Origin: Cyanobacteria bacterium J06626_4
GTDB lineage: Bacteria > Cyanobacteriota > Cyanobacteriia > Phormidesmidales > Phormidesmidaceae
Direction: 5' to 3'
Assembly (NCBI GenBank): GCA_038523235.1
Contig: JBCBJQ010000035.1
Coordinates: 1-51,828, forward strand
DNA: 51,828 nt
Translations under genes and position numbers: made by a program
In this document: in pieces, positions 39,062-49,467 of the stretch
Numbering within the stretch: the first letter of the stretch is position 1
Layout of the letters: each line of letters opens with the position of its first letter
Notes under the pieces: generated by a model
Seen by the model: the letters and a program-made list of their open reading frames with translations, nothing else
The model's database searches: none
What the model was told of the DNA's origin: nothing

Positions 39062-40182
39062 CCCGCACTTTGCTCACTAACCGCTACGTTCGCTTGACCC
39101 TAGTGGCCTTGATACTCCTCTGTGGTTTATTGGTACTGCTGGCCCCGGCAACCGGCCTCAAAACCAGCGGCTCTACCTACAGTCGCGCGCCTGAGGGCTA
39201 TATGGGGTGGTTTGACTACATGCAAGCGCAGGGCACCCCCGCACAGCGCTGGCGACGCCCCATTGCGGAACTCCTGGAGCAGCCCACGGCAGAGCCCCAA
39301 ACCCTACTGCGCATTTATCCAGGCCTGGTTAATAACTATCAAACCAACTATGACGCCGGGATTCAGGATTGGCTCAGCGCTGGCAACACGCTCATTGACC
39401 TCGGGCTAAATTCAGAGATTACGGCAGCCCCGTTTACGACTCAACAGTCAAGTCCGTTTGGGGCGGTCACTATCAAAACTCGTCGCCGTCACAATTTACC
39501 CATCAACAGCGATCGCAATTTGCTGGGCGACAGCTATGGCGCGATCGTTTGGCAGCGCGCTAGTGACCAGCCAGGCCAGTCGCTAGTGGCAAATACCCCT
39601 CACCTGGCAGCGAACGCTTACCTCGATGCGCCCGGCAACTACGCCTTTTTGGCCGATCTAGCCACTCAGGGAGGCGGCCAAATCTGGGTGGATGAATATC
39701 TGCATGGGTTCAAAGAGGCCGATGTCATCGTCGCCGAAACCGTCAATAACTGGGGCTCTTATCTGGCGCAAACCCCCGTCAAGGTCGCGGCCATTCAAAT
39801 CGTGATTTTGCTGGGCATCTTTTTGCTGGCGCAAAATCGCCGGTTAGGCAACTTAGCGACGGTTAAAGCCGCTGAGGTCGATAATAGCCAGGCCTATATC
39901 GAGGCCCTGGCAGCGGTGTTGCGCAAAGCTGAGAGCACCTCATTTCTAATTGATATGATTGCCAAGGCTGAGCGATCGTCCCTGCAAAAAGCCCTGGGGT
40001 TCAACGAGGCGACGACGAACGAGGCTGCCCTCAAAGCCGCTTGGACCCAACAAACCGGGCAATCAGATCAGATCTTGACTCCGCTCACCCAGCCCCCCAA
40101 AACGACAAGACCGCCGAGTGAAGCCACCCTTAAAGCTTGGCTAGCGCAGCTCGAGCGCATCCGCCAAACACCCATTCGCTAA
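39058..40182 (+). CDS. DUF4350 protein
   Basis: 'GSTYSRAPEGY', 'VDEYLHG', 'NRRLG'. Confidence 0.8.
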   Translation: MTRTLLTNRYVRLTLVALILLCGLLVLLAPATGLKTSGSTYSRAPEGYMGWFDYMQAQGTPAQRWRRPIAELLEQPTAEPQTLLRIYPGLVNNYQTNYDAGIQDWLSAGNTLIDLGLNSEITAAPFTTQQSSPFGAVTIKTRRRHNLPINSDRNLLGDSYGAIVWQRASDQPGQSLVANTPHLAANAYLDAPGNYAFLADLATQGGGQIWVDEYLHGFKEADVIVAETVNNWGSYLAQTPVKVAAIQIVILLGIFLLAQNRRLGNLATVKAAEVDNSQAYIEALAAVLRKAESTSFLIDMIAKAERSSLQKALGFNEATTNEAALKAAWTQQTGQSDQILTPLTQPPKTTRPPSEATLKAWLAQLERIRQTPIR

Positions 40183-40224
40183 TCTGACCGCGTACAATCA
40201 ATTGTCTCAATCAAGGCCACCCCA

Positions 40225-41175
40225 ATGAATGAACTACAAGGGCACATCCGACAAATTGGCCAAACCCTGGGCCAAGTGGTGGTGGGTCAGGCCGAGCTGA
40301 TCGACCAGTTGCTGGTGGCGCTGCTGTCTGGCGGGCACGTCATCTTAGAAGGGGTCCCCGGCACGGGTAAGACCCTTATGGTTAAGGTGCTGGCGCAGCT
40401 CATTCAAGCTGAGTTTTGTCGCATTCAGCTGACCCCTGATATCTTGCCGTCCGATATTTTGGGCACCAACGTATTCGACCTCAACACGCGCGACTTTACC
40501 CTCAAAAAAGGGCCGATTTTTACTCAAGTGCTGCTGGCCGACGAGGTCAACCGCACCCCACCCAAAACCCAAGCCGCCCTGCTCGAAGCGATGGAAGAGC
40601 AGCAGGTCACGTTGGATGGCACGGGTCACCGCCTGCCCGATTTGTTCTGGGTCATCGCCACCCAAAACTCACTGGAATTTGAGGGCACCTACCCATTACC
40701 CGAGGCGCAGCTCGATCGCTTTTTGTTCAAACTGGTGGTCAACTACCCTGACCCCCAAGCCGAAAAGCAAATGCTGAAAAATACGCAGTCAGGCTTTGAG
40801 GCGCGGCGCGTTAACATTCAAAACCTCAAACCTTTGATTGAAGACAAGGCGATTTTGGCGGCGCGCCAAGCGGTCAAACAGCTCAAGGTTGAAGAAAATA
40901 TTCTGGATTATCTCTTGGCCCTGACCCACAAGACGCGGCAATCGCCGGATCTTTCGCTGGGGGCCTCGCCGCGATCGTCGGTGAGTTGGCTGCAGGCCAG
41001 CAAAGCCCACGCCTGGCTCCAAGGCCAAAACTATGTCACCCCCGACAATGTGAAAGCGGTGGCCGCCCCACTGCTGCGCCACCGCTTGATTCTAGGAGCC
41101 GAAGCTCAACTCGACGGCCTCACCACCGACAAGGTCATCAACACGTTGCTCAAGCAAGTTGCCGTGCCCCGATGA
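40225..41175 (+). CDS. MoxR-family AAA+ ATPase
   Basis: GVPGTGKT, LADEVNRTPPKTQ, YPLPEAQLDRF. Confidence 0.95.
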   Translation: MNELQGHIRQIGQTLGQVVVGQAELIDQLLVALLSGGHVILEGVPGTGKTLMVKVLAQLIQAEFCRIQLTPDILPSDILGTNVFDLNTRDFTLKKGPIFTQVLLADEVNRTPPKTQAALLEAMEEQQVTLDGTGHRLPDLFWVIATQNSLEFEGTYPLPEAQLDRFLFKLVVNYPDPQAEKQMLKNTQSGFEARRVNIQNLKPLIEDKAILAARQAVKQLKVEENILDYLLALTHKTRQSPDLSLGASPRSSVSWLQASKAHAWLQGQNYVTPDNVKAVAAPLLRHRLILGAEAQLDGLTTDKVINTLLKQVAVPR

Positions 41176-41332
41176 CGCGATCTCTGATTAACTGCGCCAG
41201 CCTTCAATTGTGGCTATGACCACCTTGGCATAAGCGTTCTCAGGACGTGGTTCCACGTCGCACCCATCGAAAAAACTCGGGGTTTCAGACATTCGTTTGA
41301 CTTCACCCCAAACCCAGTTAAGGAGAGCAGCG

Positions 41333-42655
41333 ATGACTCCAACACTTAAGTTCTATGGCCTGCTGGCAACCGGGGGCGTCGTGGCCACAGCCCTCAATGC
41401 CCTGGCACCAACCGAAAACATATTCTCGTTTCCCCTAGAGGGGATGCTGGTGTTTGATGGCGTCATGCTGCTGGTCATGCTGGTGGATTGGGCACAGGTG
41501 AACGGTCGGCAGCGGGCGATCGCCACGCGCACGAAACTCCCCCGTCTCTCCATCGGTCGCGATAATCCCGTCACGATTGCCATATCGGCTCCCAAAGCAG
41601 CGGCCAAGCTCCAGATTTTCGATCGCTACCCAGTCGACTTTGATGAAGTACCGATGCCGTTGACGGTCGATCTACCCGCCAAAACCGCACAAGAAATCAC
41701 TTATCACGTATTACCTATTCAGCGGGGGGAATATCAGTGGGGCGACCTGCAGTTACGGCAGCGAGGGCCTTGGGGGTTGGCTTGGCGCAGTTGGACGGTA
41801 ACCGCCGCGCAAACCGTGGCCGTGTATCCCGACCTGATCGGGTTGCGATCGCTCTCAATCAAGCTCGCGATTCAATCAACGGGCAACATGCGTCAGCGCA
41901 AACGCATCGGCATCGGCACCGAATTTGCTGAGCTGCGCGAATATGCGATCGGCGATGACCCGCGCTTCATTGACTGGAAAGCCACTGCCCGCCGCAGCAC
42001 TCCCCTGATTCGGGTGCTAGAGCCCGAGCGAGAACAGTCGCTAATCATCTTGCTTGATCGCGGGCGCTTGATGACTGCCAACGTTAAAGGACTGTCGCGG
42101 TTTGATTGGGGCTTGAATGCGACGCTATCGCTGGCCTTAGCGGGGCTGCACCGAGGCGATCGCGTCGGCGTCGGCGTGTTTGACCGCACCCTAAGCACTT
42201 GGGTGCCGCCCACTGGTGGGCGCGCCCACCTACAACACTTGCTTGAAAAATTGACACCTTTGCAACCCGACCTGCTGGAGTCTGACTATCTCGGCGCGAT
42301 GACCACCGTAGCAACCCAACAGTTTCGCCGCGCCTTGGTGGTTGTCATCACCGACATTGTGGATCAAACCGCTTCGGCAGAGCTGCTAACCGCCCTTACC
42401 CGCCTCAAAGCGCGACATCTGCCCTTTTGTGTCACCCTGCGAGACCCCCAAGTGGATGATCAGGCCCATGCCTTTGCGGATGACGTGACGGGAGCCTACA
42501 GCCGAGCCGTTGCCCTCGATTTGCTTGCCCAGCGTCAGGTCGCCTTTGCTCGCCTCAAACAAAGTGGCGTGCTGGTGCTGGATGCGCCTGCCGATAAAAT
42601 TTCGGAACCCTTGGTAGAAGACTATCTGCGCATCAAAGCTAGAAATCGCCTATAG
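41333..42655 (+). CDS. DUF58 (vWA-like) protein
   Basis: 'EFAELREYAIGDDPRFIDWKATAR', 'LLDRGRLM'. Confidence 0.9.
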   Translation: MTPTLKFYGLLATGGVVATALNALAPTENIFSFPLEGMLVFDGVMLLVMLVDWAQVNGRQRAIATRTKLPRLSIGRDNPVTIAISAPKAAAKLQIFDRYPVDFDEVPMPLTVDLPAKTAQEITYHVLPIQRGEYQWGDLQLRQRGPWGLAWRSWTVTAAQTVAVYPDLIGLRSLSIKLAIQSTGNMRQRKRIGIGTEFAELREYAIGDDPRFIDWKATARRSTPLIRVLEPEREQSLIILLDRGRLMTANVKGLSRFDWGLNATLSLALAGLHRGDRVGVGVFDRTLSTWVPPTGGRAHLQHLLEKLTPLQPDLLESDYLGAMTTVATQQFRRALVVVITDIVDQTASAELLTALTRLKARHLPFCVTLRDPQVDDQAHAFADDVTGAYSRAVALDLLAQRQVAFARLKQSGVLVLDAPADKISEPLVEDYLRIKARNRL

Positions 42656-42889
42656 AATTCAGTCAGACCAGTTTTTTAGCAGTGAGACAATCAGGCGGGC
42701 ATCGTTGATGGCCTCACAGCTGTAAACGGGTCGAATACTGGCGATCGCCCCCAAACAGCACAGACGATGAAAACAGATACCCTGCGACTACCCAACGACG
42801 AAAACTCGGGAAGTGGCGGTAACACTTCCCGAGTTGGATGGGTCAATTTCTCACTCCTATCGGGAGCCATCAGGCTCAGATAGTGTGGT

Positions 42890-43573
42890 CTACACGACTG
42901 AGTCGGTTAAGGCATCTTTGTCAAGATTTTCGCGACGCAGCTCATCGAAATTGGCGGCATCCTTATCCAAATTTTCGCGACGTAACTCATCGAAATCCAC
43001 GCCTTTCACCTGCAGCTCCACGACGGCATCCTTATCCAGGTTCTCGCGACGCAGCTCATCGAAGTCAACCGCATCTTTGTCGAGGTTTTCACGACGCAGT
43101 TCGTCAAACTTGCTGCCTTTCTCTAGATTCTCTTGGCGCAACTCGTTAAGGTCGATCGCATCCTTATCCAGATTTTCGCGACGCAGCTCATCAAAATCAA
43201 CGCCTTTCACCTGCAGCTCAATCACGACGTCTTTCTCTAAGTTCTCGCGACGGAGTTGATCGAAGCTAGCGGCATCTTTGTCTAAGTTCTCTTGACGCAG
43301 TTCATCAAAGTCCACGCCTTTGACGTAGATTTCAAGCACCGCATCTTTGTCCAGATTTTCGCGGCGCAGGTCATCAAAGCGAATCGTCTTGACTTGAAGC
43401 TCCGTGATAGCGTCTTTCTCTAGGTTCTCGCGACGGAGTTGGTCAAAGCTAGCGGCATCTTTCTCTAAGTTCTCTTGGCGCAACTCATCAAAATCGACGG
43501 CGGCATAGCTAGCGGGCGCAATGGCGAGGGTAACAGCGGTCAAAGCAGTCAGAGCGAGGGCAATGCGTTTCAT
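42890..43573 (-). CDS. Secreted tandem-repeat protein (11 x FDELRRENLDKDA-like)
   Basis: Signal peptide ending ASYA; RBS AAGGAG; downstream hairpin AACTCGGGAAGTG/CACTTCCCGAGTT at about 42803-42835. Confidence 0.85.
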   Translation of the reverse strand: MKRIALALTALTAVTLAIAPASYAAVDFDELRQENLEKDAASFDQLRRENLEKDAITELQVKTIRFDDLRRENLDKDAVLEIYVKGVDFDELRQENLDKDAASFDQLRRENLEKDVVIELQVKGVDFDELRRENLDKDAIDLNELRQENLEKGSKFDELRRENLDKDAVDFDELRRENLDKDAVVELQVKGVDFDELRRENLDKDAANFDELRRENLDKDALTDSVV

Positions 43574-43835
43574 GGTGTGTGAACTCCTTAAAGGGGATTA
43601 GTTGTTTCATCAGCTTGATTTCCATAGTGCGGCCCGCCCCTGAGCCCTACCTGACCGCAAAATAAGCCTGACTTAATTGCTGCCTGAGAAAACTGAGTCT
43701 TGACCTCAATAAACCTGAACCCCTGTGAGGGCGATCACCAGCGCTTCAAAATGCCATAAAAAAACCTCCTGACCATTGGTCAGGAGGAAGACTCGCTGTC
43801 GTTGTTCTGTTTCAGGAAAGAAGTTGAAAAATGAT

Positions 43836-44015
43836 TTAGCGGCGATAACGAACGCCGCGATAGATCAGTTCAGTTGCAGGCTGCTGTCGGTGACTGAGGC
43901 TGAACTGCTTTTTGGCCGACTGCTTGCCGAGAACAGTATCCGTTTCAGCCGTTTTGGTAGCTTCCACCACGGGGGTAGAGGTTTCGTAAGATTGACCGCG
44001 AAAAGAGAGTTGCAT
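43836..44015 (-). CDS. DUF4278 small protein (absent from ORF track)
   Basis: MQLSFRGQSY...ELIYRGVRYRR, 59 aa. Confidence 0.8.
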   Translation of the reverse strand: MQLSFRGQSYETSTPVVEATKTAETDTVLGKQSAKKQFSLSHRQQPATELIYRGVRYRR

Positions 44016-44079
44016 GGTGCGTGACTCCAGGAAGATTAAGGGGGTTAAGCAAAGGAACTTGGGACTCAGAAAGGATGGC

Positions 44080-44190
44080 TTAGACCGCAGAGCGATCAGG
44101 CAAGACCCACAAAACAGCGGGACAGATTACCGCCGTTGACACAGAGATCGTTAGGCAAATCCATAGACCTTGCAGTTGTTCGGGTGTCAT
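44080..44190 (-). CDS. 36-aa single-TM microprotein
   Basis: RBS AAGGAG; MTPEQLQGLWICLTISVSTAVICPAVLWVLPDRSAV. Confidence 0.5.
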   Translation of the reverse strand: MTPEQLQGLWICLTISVSTAVICPAVLWVLPDRSAV

Positions 44191-44267
44191 GGGAGTTCTC
44201 CTTAGGGACTAGGGGGTTTCTTTGAGTTGAATGGACTGTCAGGCAATTAGGGTGGGTGAGCGAGCCG

Positions 44268-44444
44268 TTAGCGGCTGTAGCGCACGCCCCGGTAGACCAG
44301 TTCTGGAGAGGCTTGGCGATAGTTCATTAGTGGCTGCTTGATGGCATAGCTTTTGCCCAGGAAGAGGCCGCTTTGCTCAGTTTCAACGGTGGGCACACCA
44401 GCCACGAGGGAAGTAAAGGAGACGCCGCGATAGGTGAGTTTCAT
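44268..44444 (-). CDS. DUF4278 small protein
   Basis: MKLTYRGVSF...ELVYRGVRYSR. Confidence 0.85.
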   Translation of the reverse strand: MKLTYRGVSFTSLVAGVPTVETEQSGLFLGKSYAIKQPLMNYRQASPELVYRGVRYSR

Positions 44445-44766
44445 GGGGGCAGGGCTTTGTGTGTGTTTGCTGTTAATAGACACAGCCCTGATCGATAGCT
44501 TCGCGGTTGAAAATGTGTGCGCTTCACCGCGTCAGCCATAGATTTAAATCACGTCTCCCCTGTGATGTCGTCATGTGGCTGACGTCCGCCGGGGCAATCG
44601 TGACGCCTGCCATGTTCTGGCTGGCTAGACAGCGGGCACTGTTGATGCTCGACATCCGTCACCAAGCTGCCCATGGCTTCAGGGTTTCCTGCTGTGCCGA
44701 TAGGGCATCGGGTGTGCGATCGCTGAGAATGAAATGATTGTTCACCCTCACCTGCAGAAAACCGCT

Positions 44767-45036
44767 ATGGGCATGCCGTGCGAAGTCAACACGATTCTCA
44801 AGCTCAAACCCTCACAAGGCTACCCGGCGCGGCTAGCGATCGGCGATCGCCACCACATCCACAAAAATGGCTACCGCATCTTTCCACTCGATGTGCCGCT
44901 GTGCCTGGTAGATGAGCACTGGCTGGCCCACGCCGATATCGTGATTGAAAAGCTCACTTGGGAGCAGCAGACTACTCACCTACAGTTCAGAGTGGCGCGC
45001 CTTTATCCCGCCCCCTTTGCGACGAAATCAGACTGA
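44767..45036 (+). CDS. DUF2584 family protein
   Basis: 'MGMPCEVNTILKL...KNGYRIFPLDVP'. Confidence 0.75.
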   Translation: MGMPCEVNTILKLKPSQGYPARLAIGDRHHIHKNGYRIFPLDVPLCLVDEHWLAHADIVIEKLTWEQQTTHLQFRVARLYPAPFATKSD

Positions 45037-45154
45037 CTAGCTCGGCTTTAACTGTGAACCGGCGTTGGCTCCTGCAGCCCTAAAACAGATGTTCCATTCC
45101 CGGAGACGATCCGCTACGGTAAGGAGTACTTGATCGTTCACAGCGGAGCGGCTG

Positions 45155-47992
45155 ATGGTTCAGAATCTCGATTTTCAGGGCTATAGCGATCGCCTGCCGC
45201 CCCAAAACGTGGATGCTGAAGAGGCCATCCTGGGCGGGTTGCTGCTTGATCCAGAGGCGATCGGGCGCGTAATGGAGATTTTGAACCCTGACGCCTTTTA
45301 CATCAGCGCTCACAAAACGATTTACCGCGCCGCCACTGAACTGCACGCGAAGGGTCTACCCACCGACCTGATGACGGTCACCGCCTGGCTCAAAGATCGC
45401 GAGGTGCTGGAAAAGATTGGTGGCCAAAGCCGCATCGCCCAACTGGTCGACCGCACCCTCAGCGCGGCCAACATCGACCAGTACGCCACCCTGGTGATGG
45501 AAAAGTTTGTGCGGCGGCGACTGATTCAAATCGGCGGCGAAATTTCGCAACTCGGGTTTGAGGCCGAGCAGCCCTTAGAACTCTCCTTGGACGAGGCTGA
45601 GCAAAAGCTCTTTGCCATTACCCAAGAGCGGCCTCAGCAGGCCCTCACTTCGACTGCTGACATCCTGATCGAAACCTTTGCCGAGATCGAAGAGCGGGCC
45701 GAGGGCATCGTGCTACCGGGTATTCCCTGCGGTTTTTATGATCTGGATGCGATGACCCAGGGATTTCAGCGGTCTGACCTGATTATCGCAGCAGGGAGAC
45801 CATCAATGGGCAAATGCTTAAGCGCCGATGCTGAAATTTTGCTGGCGGACGGCAGTCTCCAAACAATTGGCGAGATTTATCAGGCCCAAACTGCCCAATT
45901 GCTAACGTTGGGAACTAATTGGCAGTTTCACCAAACTCAACCTAGCGCCTATGTCGATGACGGCATCAAGCCCGTCTACCAAGTTAAAACGAGTACCGGT
46001 CGGGTGATTGAAACGACCCTGAGTCATCCCTATCTCACGCTATCGGGCTGGCGATCGCTGGGCGATCTGCAGGTCGGCGATAAAATTGCGGTTCCCCGGC
46101 AGCTCCCGGTATTTGGCACCGAAACGCTCCCAATTCACCAAGTCAAGTTATTGGCTTACCTGATTGGTGACGGCTGCTTAACGCAAACGGCTCCCCAGTT
46201 CACTAATGAGAATCCTCAGCTGCAGACAGATTTTATCGAAGCCGCGTTGAAGTTTCCTGGGGTCAAGATTCGTGAGGAGAATTCTCACGGTCAACGCACT
46301 TCTACCTTTCATGTCACGGCTGACAACGCTGAGGTGCAACAGCAGCGGCAGCACTTTGGCACCGCCCTGCGCCAACATCTGACGGCCTCTCAGAGATCGG
46401 CTCGCTGGTTAGCGCAGCAGTTAGATGTCAGTCCAGCGCTTGTGACCTTGTGGCAACAAGGAGCCTGTGCACCGAATCCTGATACCTTTGTACAATTGTG
46501 CGAGGTTTTGCAGGTGCAGCCCGAGCAGTTAGCGCTACAGGGGCTCGCCACTATTCGTTGGATGAGTCAAAACACCCTCACCCTGTGGCTGCAGGAGGTC
46601 GGACTGTGGGGCAAATCGGCTCACACCAAAACGATTCCGGCCCGAGTCTTTCAGCTAGAGCAATCCCAGCTTGCCCTCTTTCTTAATCGCCTCTTTGCGA
46701 CTGATGGCTGGGCCACAGTGCTCGCCAGTGGTCAGGTGCAGCTAGGGTTTGCGAGCGTCAGCGAAACGCTGGTTCGACAGATCCAACATTTACTGCTGAG
46801 ATTTGGTGTCATTGCTCGCCTCAAGGCCCGCTCTATCAAATATCCAGCAACTCGACAACCCGCTTGGCAACTCGATATCACCGACGCTAATGCCATCAAA
46901 ACTTTCATCGCCGACATTGGCATTTGGGGCAAAGAAGAGGCCCTGCAAAAAGCTGCCGATGCCCTTTCGGGTCGCCGCTATCAGACTAACCGTGACCTAA
47001 TTCCCGTTGAAGTTTGGGAATTGATTCGAGCGGCGAAAGGTTCGGAAACTTGGCGATCGCTGGCGACTCGAGCCGGATTTCAGAACACGAGTAATATTCA
47101 TGTAGGCAAGCGTGCCTTGAGCCGCGATCTCCTCTTTGCGCTCGCCACTGCCCTCGAACATGAAGAACTGCAGGTGATCGCCACCAGCGACGTTTATTGG
47201 GATGAAATCGTGGCCATCACTCCGCAAGGAGCCAAGCAAGTCTATGACCTGACGATTCCTCACACGCATAATTTTGTCGCCAATGATATCTGCGTTCACA
47301 ATACCGCCTTCGTTCTCAATATTGCGCGGAATATTGCCAGCACTCAAAAACTGCCAGTGGCAATCTTCAGTTTGGAGATGTCGAAACAGCAGCTGGTTTA
47401 TCGTCTGCTCTCCAGCGAATTAGCCTTAGAAACCAGCCGCCTCCGCACGGGTAGGCTGAATCCGAACGAGTGGACGATTCTCGGGCAGGGCATCAACCAG
47501 CTCTCGGAAATGCCAGTGTTTATCGACGACACTCCCAACATTACGGTGAACGAGATGCGCTCTAAGGCAAGGCGACTCCAGGCCGAACAGGGCGGCGCCT
47601 TGGGGCTCATTCTGATCGACTACCTGCAGCTGATGGAAGGCAGCAGTGACAACCGTGTACAAGAACTTTCGAAAATCACGCGATCGCTCAAAGGTCTGGC
47701 TCGCGAACTCAACGTCCCCATCATTTCACTCTCGCAGCTTAGCCGGGGCGTCGAATCGCGCACCAATAAACGTCCCATGATGTCCGACCTACGCGAAAGT
47801 GGATCGATCGAGCAGGATGCCGACGTCATTATGATGCTGTATCGCGAAGAATATTACGATGCCGACACACCTGATCGCGGCATTGCCGAAATCATCATCA
47901 CCAAACATCGCAATGGCCCCACCGGCACGGTAAAGCTGCTGTTTGAACCACAGTACACCCGCTTCCGCAATTTGGCGCAGGCTCCTGCTTAG
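45155..47992 (+). CDS. dnaB: Replicative DNA helicase with intein
   Basis: 'LPPQNVDAEEAILG', GRPSMGK|T, 'IDYLQLM', 'SDLRESGSIEQDAD', 'KHRNGPTG'. Confidence 0.97.
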   Translation: MVQNLDFQGYSDRLPPQNVDAEEAILGGLLLDPEAIGRVMEILNPDAFYISAHKTIYRAATELHAKGLPTDLMTVTAWLKDREVLEKIGGQSRIAQLVDRTLSAANIDQYATLVMEKFVRRRLIQIGGEISQLGFEAEQPLELSLDEAEQKLFAITQERPQQALTSTADILIETFAEIEERAEGIVLPGIPCGFYDLDAMTQGFQRSDLIIAAGRPSMGKCLSADAEILLADGSLQTIGEIYQAQTAQLLTLGTNWQFHQTQPSAYVDDGIKPVYQVKTSTGRVIETTLSHPYLTLSGWRSLGDLQVGDKIAVPRQLPVFGTETLPIHQVKLLAYLIGDGCLTQTAPQFTNENPQLQTDFIEAALKFPGVKIREENSHGQRTSTFHVTADNAEVQQQRQHFGTALRQHLTASQRSARWLAQQLDVSPALVTLWQQGACAPNPDTFVQLCEVLQVQPEQLALQGLATIRWMSQNTLTLWLQEVGLWGKSAHTKTIPARVFQLEQSQLALFLNRLFATDGWATVLASGQVQLGFASVSETLVRQIQHLLLRFGVIARLKARSIKYPATRQPAWQLDITDANAIKTFIADIGIWGKEEALQKAADALSGRRYQTNRDLIPVEVWELIRAAKGSETWRSLATRAGFQNTSNIHVGKRALSRDLLFALATALEHEELQVIATSDVYWDEIVAITPQGAKQVYDLTIPHTHNFVANDICVHNTAFVLNIARNIASTQKLPVAIFSLEMSKQQLVYRLLSSELALETSRLRTGRLNPNEWTILGQGINQLSEMPVFIDDTPNITVNEMRSKARRLQAEQGGALGLILIDYLQLMEGSSDNRVQELSKITRSLKGLARELNVPIISLSQLSRGVESRTNKRPMMSDLRESGSIEQDADVIMMLYREEYYDADTPDRGIAEIIITKHRNGPTGTVKLLFEPQYTRFRNLAQAPA
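45815..47302 (+). mobile_element. 496-aa intein with LAGLIDADG endonuclease in the DnaB Walker A motif
   Basis: Starts CLSAD, block B TLSHPY, LLAYLIGDG and LNRLFATDG, ends VHN, +1 Thr. Confidence 0.93.
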
Positions 47993-48052
47993 ATCTGTGA
48001 CCGAAGATGCAGGAACTAAGATAAACACAGACTGCAACATTTGGGAAAGACC

Positions 48053-48736
48053 ATGACGGTTGCCTCCTCTCAAATTCACTCAACCCCGACGACTGAGCGT
48101 GAAACAGAAACGCGGATACTGCTACAGGGTGTCAGCTGGGAAACCTATGAACGCTTGTTAACAGAAACCGGAGAAGGGCGCAATCAGCGATTGGCCTATG
48201 ACAATGGACGTCTAGAAATTATGGTTCCGTTAGAGGGACACGAAAAACCGACTCGACTGTTGGATGATTTTGTCGGTGTTTTTGTTGATGAACTTGGGTT
48301 AGAACTCCGCAAACTCGGTTCGCTGACGATGAAAAACCCTGCTCAAAACAAGGGATTAGAGCCCGACGGCTGCTTCTACATTCAGCATGAGTCACTGGTG
48401 CGGGGCGTTAACACGCTAGATTTTGCAATTCATCCGCCCCCTGACTTGGTTGTTGAGGTGGATAACAGCAATTCGTCGCTCAACAAATTACCGATTTATG
48501 TGGCGCTGAGAATCCCTGAAATCTGGCGATTACAGAACGGTGTGCTGACGATTTACCAGTTGAACCAGACTCAATCTGACTATGCCGAAACTGAGCGGAG
48601 TTTGACTTTTCCACAATTGCCCATTCGGGAACTACCGCAGTTTATCGAACAGGCCAAGCTGATTGGCCAGCGAGCGGCGGTGCGATCGCTCAAACAGCGC
48701 GTTCAGCAAGTATTGGCAGATTTAGAAAGCGCTTAG
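48053..48736 (+). CDS. Uma2 family endonuclease
   Basis: 'LQGVSWETYE', 'LEPDGCFYI', 'PPDLVVEVD', 'IPEIW'. Confidence 0.92.
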   Translation: MTVASSQIHSTPTTERETETRILLQGVSWETYERLLTETGEGRNQRLAYDNGRLEIMVPLEGHEKPTRLLDDFVGVFVDELGLELRKLGSLTMKNPAQNKGLEPDGCFYIQHESLVRGVNTLDFAIHPPPDLVVEVDNSNSSLNKLPIYVALRIPEIWRLQNGVLTIYQLNQTQSDYAETERSLTFPQLPIRELPQFIEQAKLIGQRAAVRSLKQRVQQVLADLESA

Positions 48737-48818
48737 CGGATAGAGAATAGGGTCAATTACGAGTCGTTACAGAGATGTTCGGATGAAATCGTCGGGTTCC
48801 TACTGGAGCCTGGCAACT

Positions 48819-49442
48819 TCAACAGCTGTCGCCATCAGCGCCATCGATCACCCAATCAGCTTGCGCTTGCGGACGATAGTCTCGCACGTATTGATCTTCT
48901 TGGGGCATCCATTCATCTTCCCAGAGTGCCCGGGCACTCTCGCCGTCGCGTTCGAGGCCACGGCGAAGTCGCACCGCTCGGGGACAAGTCACCCAGATGA
49001 GCCGATCGTAAAAGCAGGCGAGTTCTGGGCGGCTCGAATAGACGCCCTCGACACAGACAACGCCGACTGGTTTGATGTGAAACGGCTCGCCCATGAGGGC
49101 ATCGGTGGCCCAGTTATATTTTTGATAGTTAGCCGCGTTGCCCTGATGCAGTGGGATCAGAACGCTTTCACGCAGTCGTTGCCAATCGAAGTTGGGGCCG
49201 ATCGCGCTGGGCTCCGCCAACGCGACCGCCTGCCGTTGAGAAGAGGGTCGGTAAAAATCGTCAAAATGCACAACCTGAACGTCAATGCTGAGCGCCGCTA
49301 GGGCCGTCTTTAAGCGACTCGTTAGAGTCGATTTGCCAGCGCCGCCACAGCCATCAATCGCAATCAAAGTCACCGGGCTGGCCAAGCTTAAGGCCGCAAT
49401 GGCAGTCACCATCTGATCAAACGTCGTCGCCGAATCAGCCAT
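48819..49442 (-). CDS. Uridine kinase-like P-loop protein
   Basis: 'IAIDGCGGAGKST', 'HFDDFY', 'VEGVYS'. Confidence 0.85.
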   Translation of the reverse strand: MADSATTFDQMVTAIAALSLASPVTLIAIDGCGGAGKSTLTSRLKTALAALSIDVQVVHFDDFYRPSSQRQAVALAEPSAIGPNFDWQRLRESVLIPLHQGNAANYQKYNWATDALMGEPFHIKPVGVVCVEGVYSSRPELACFYDRLIWVTCPRAVRLRRGLERDGESARALWEDEWMPQEDQYVRDYRPQAQADWVIDGADGDSC

Positions 49443-49467
49443 CTCATCTAACCAGCTCTATTCGACT

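Noticed and set aside
42813..43259. Ser/Arg-rich repeat ORF on the plus strand
   Set aside because: Antisense of the signal-peptide-bearing repeat gene.
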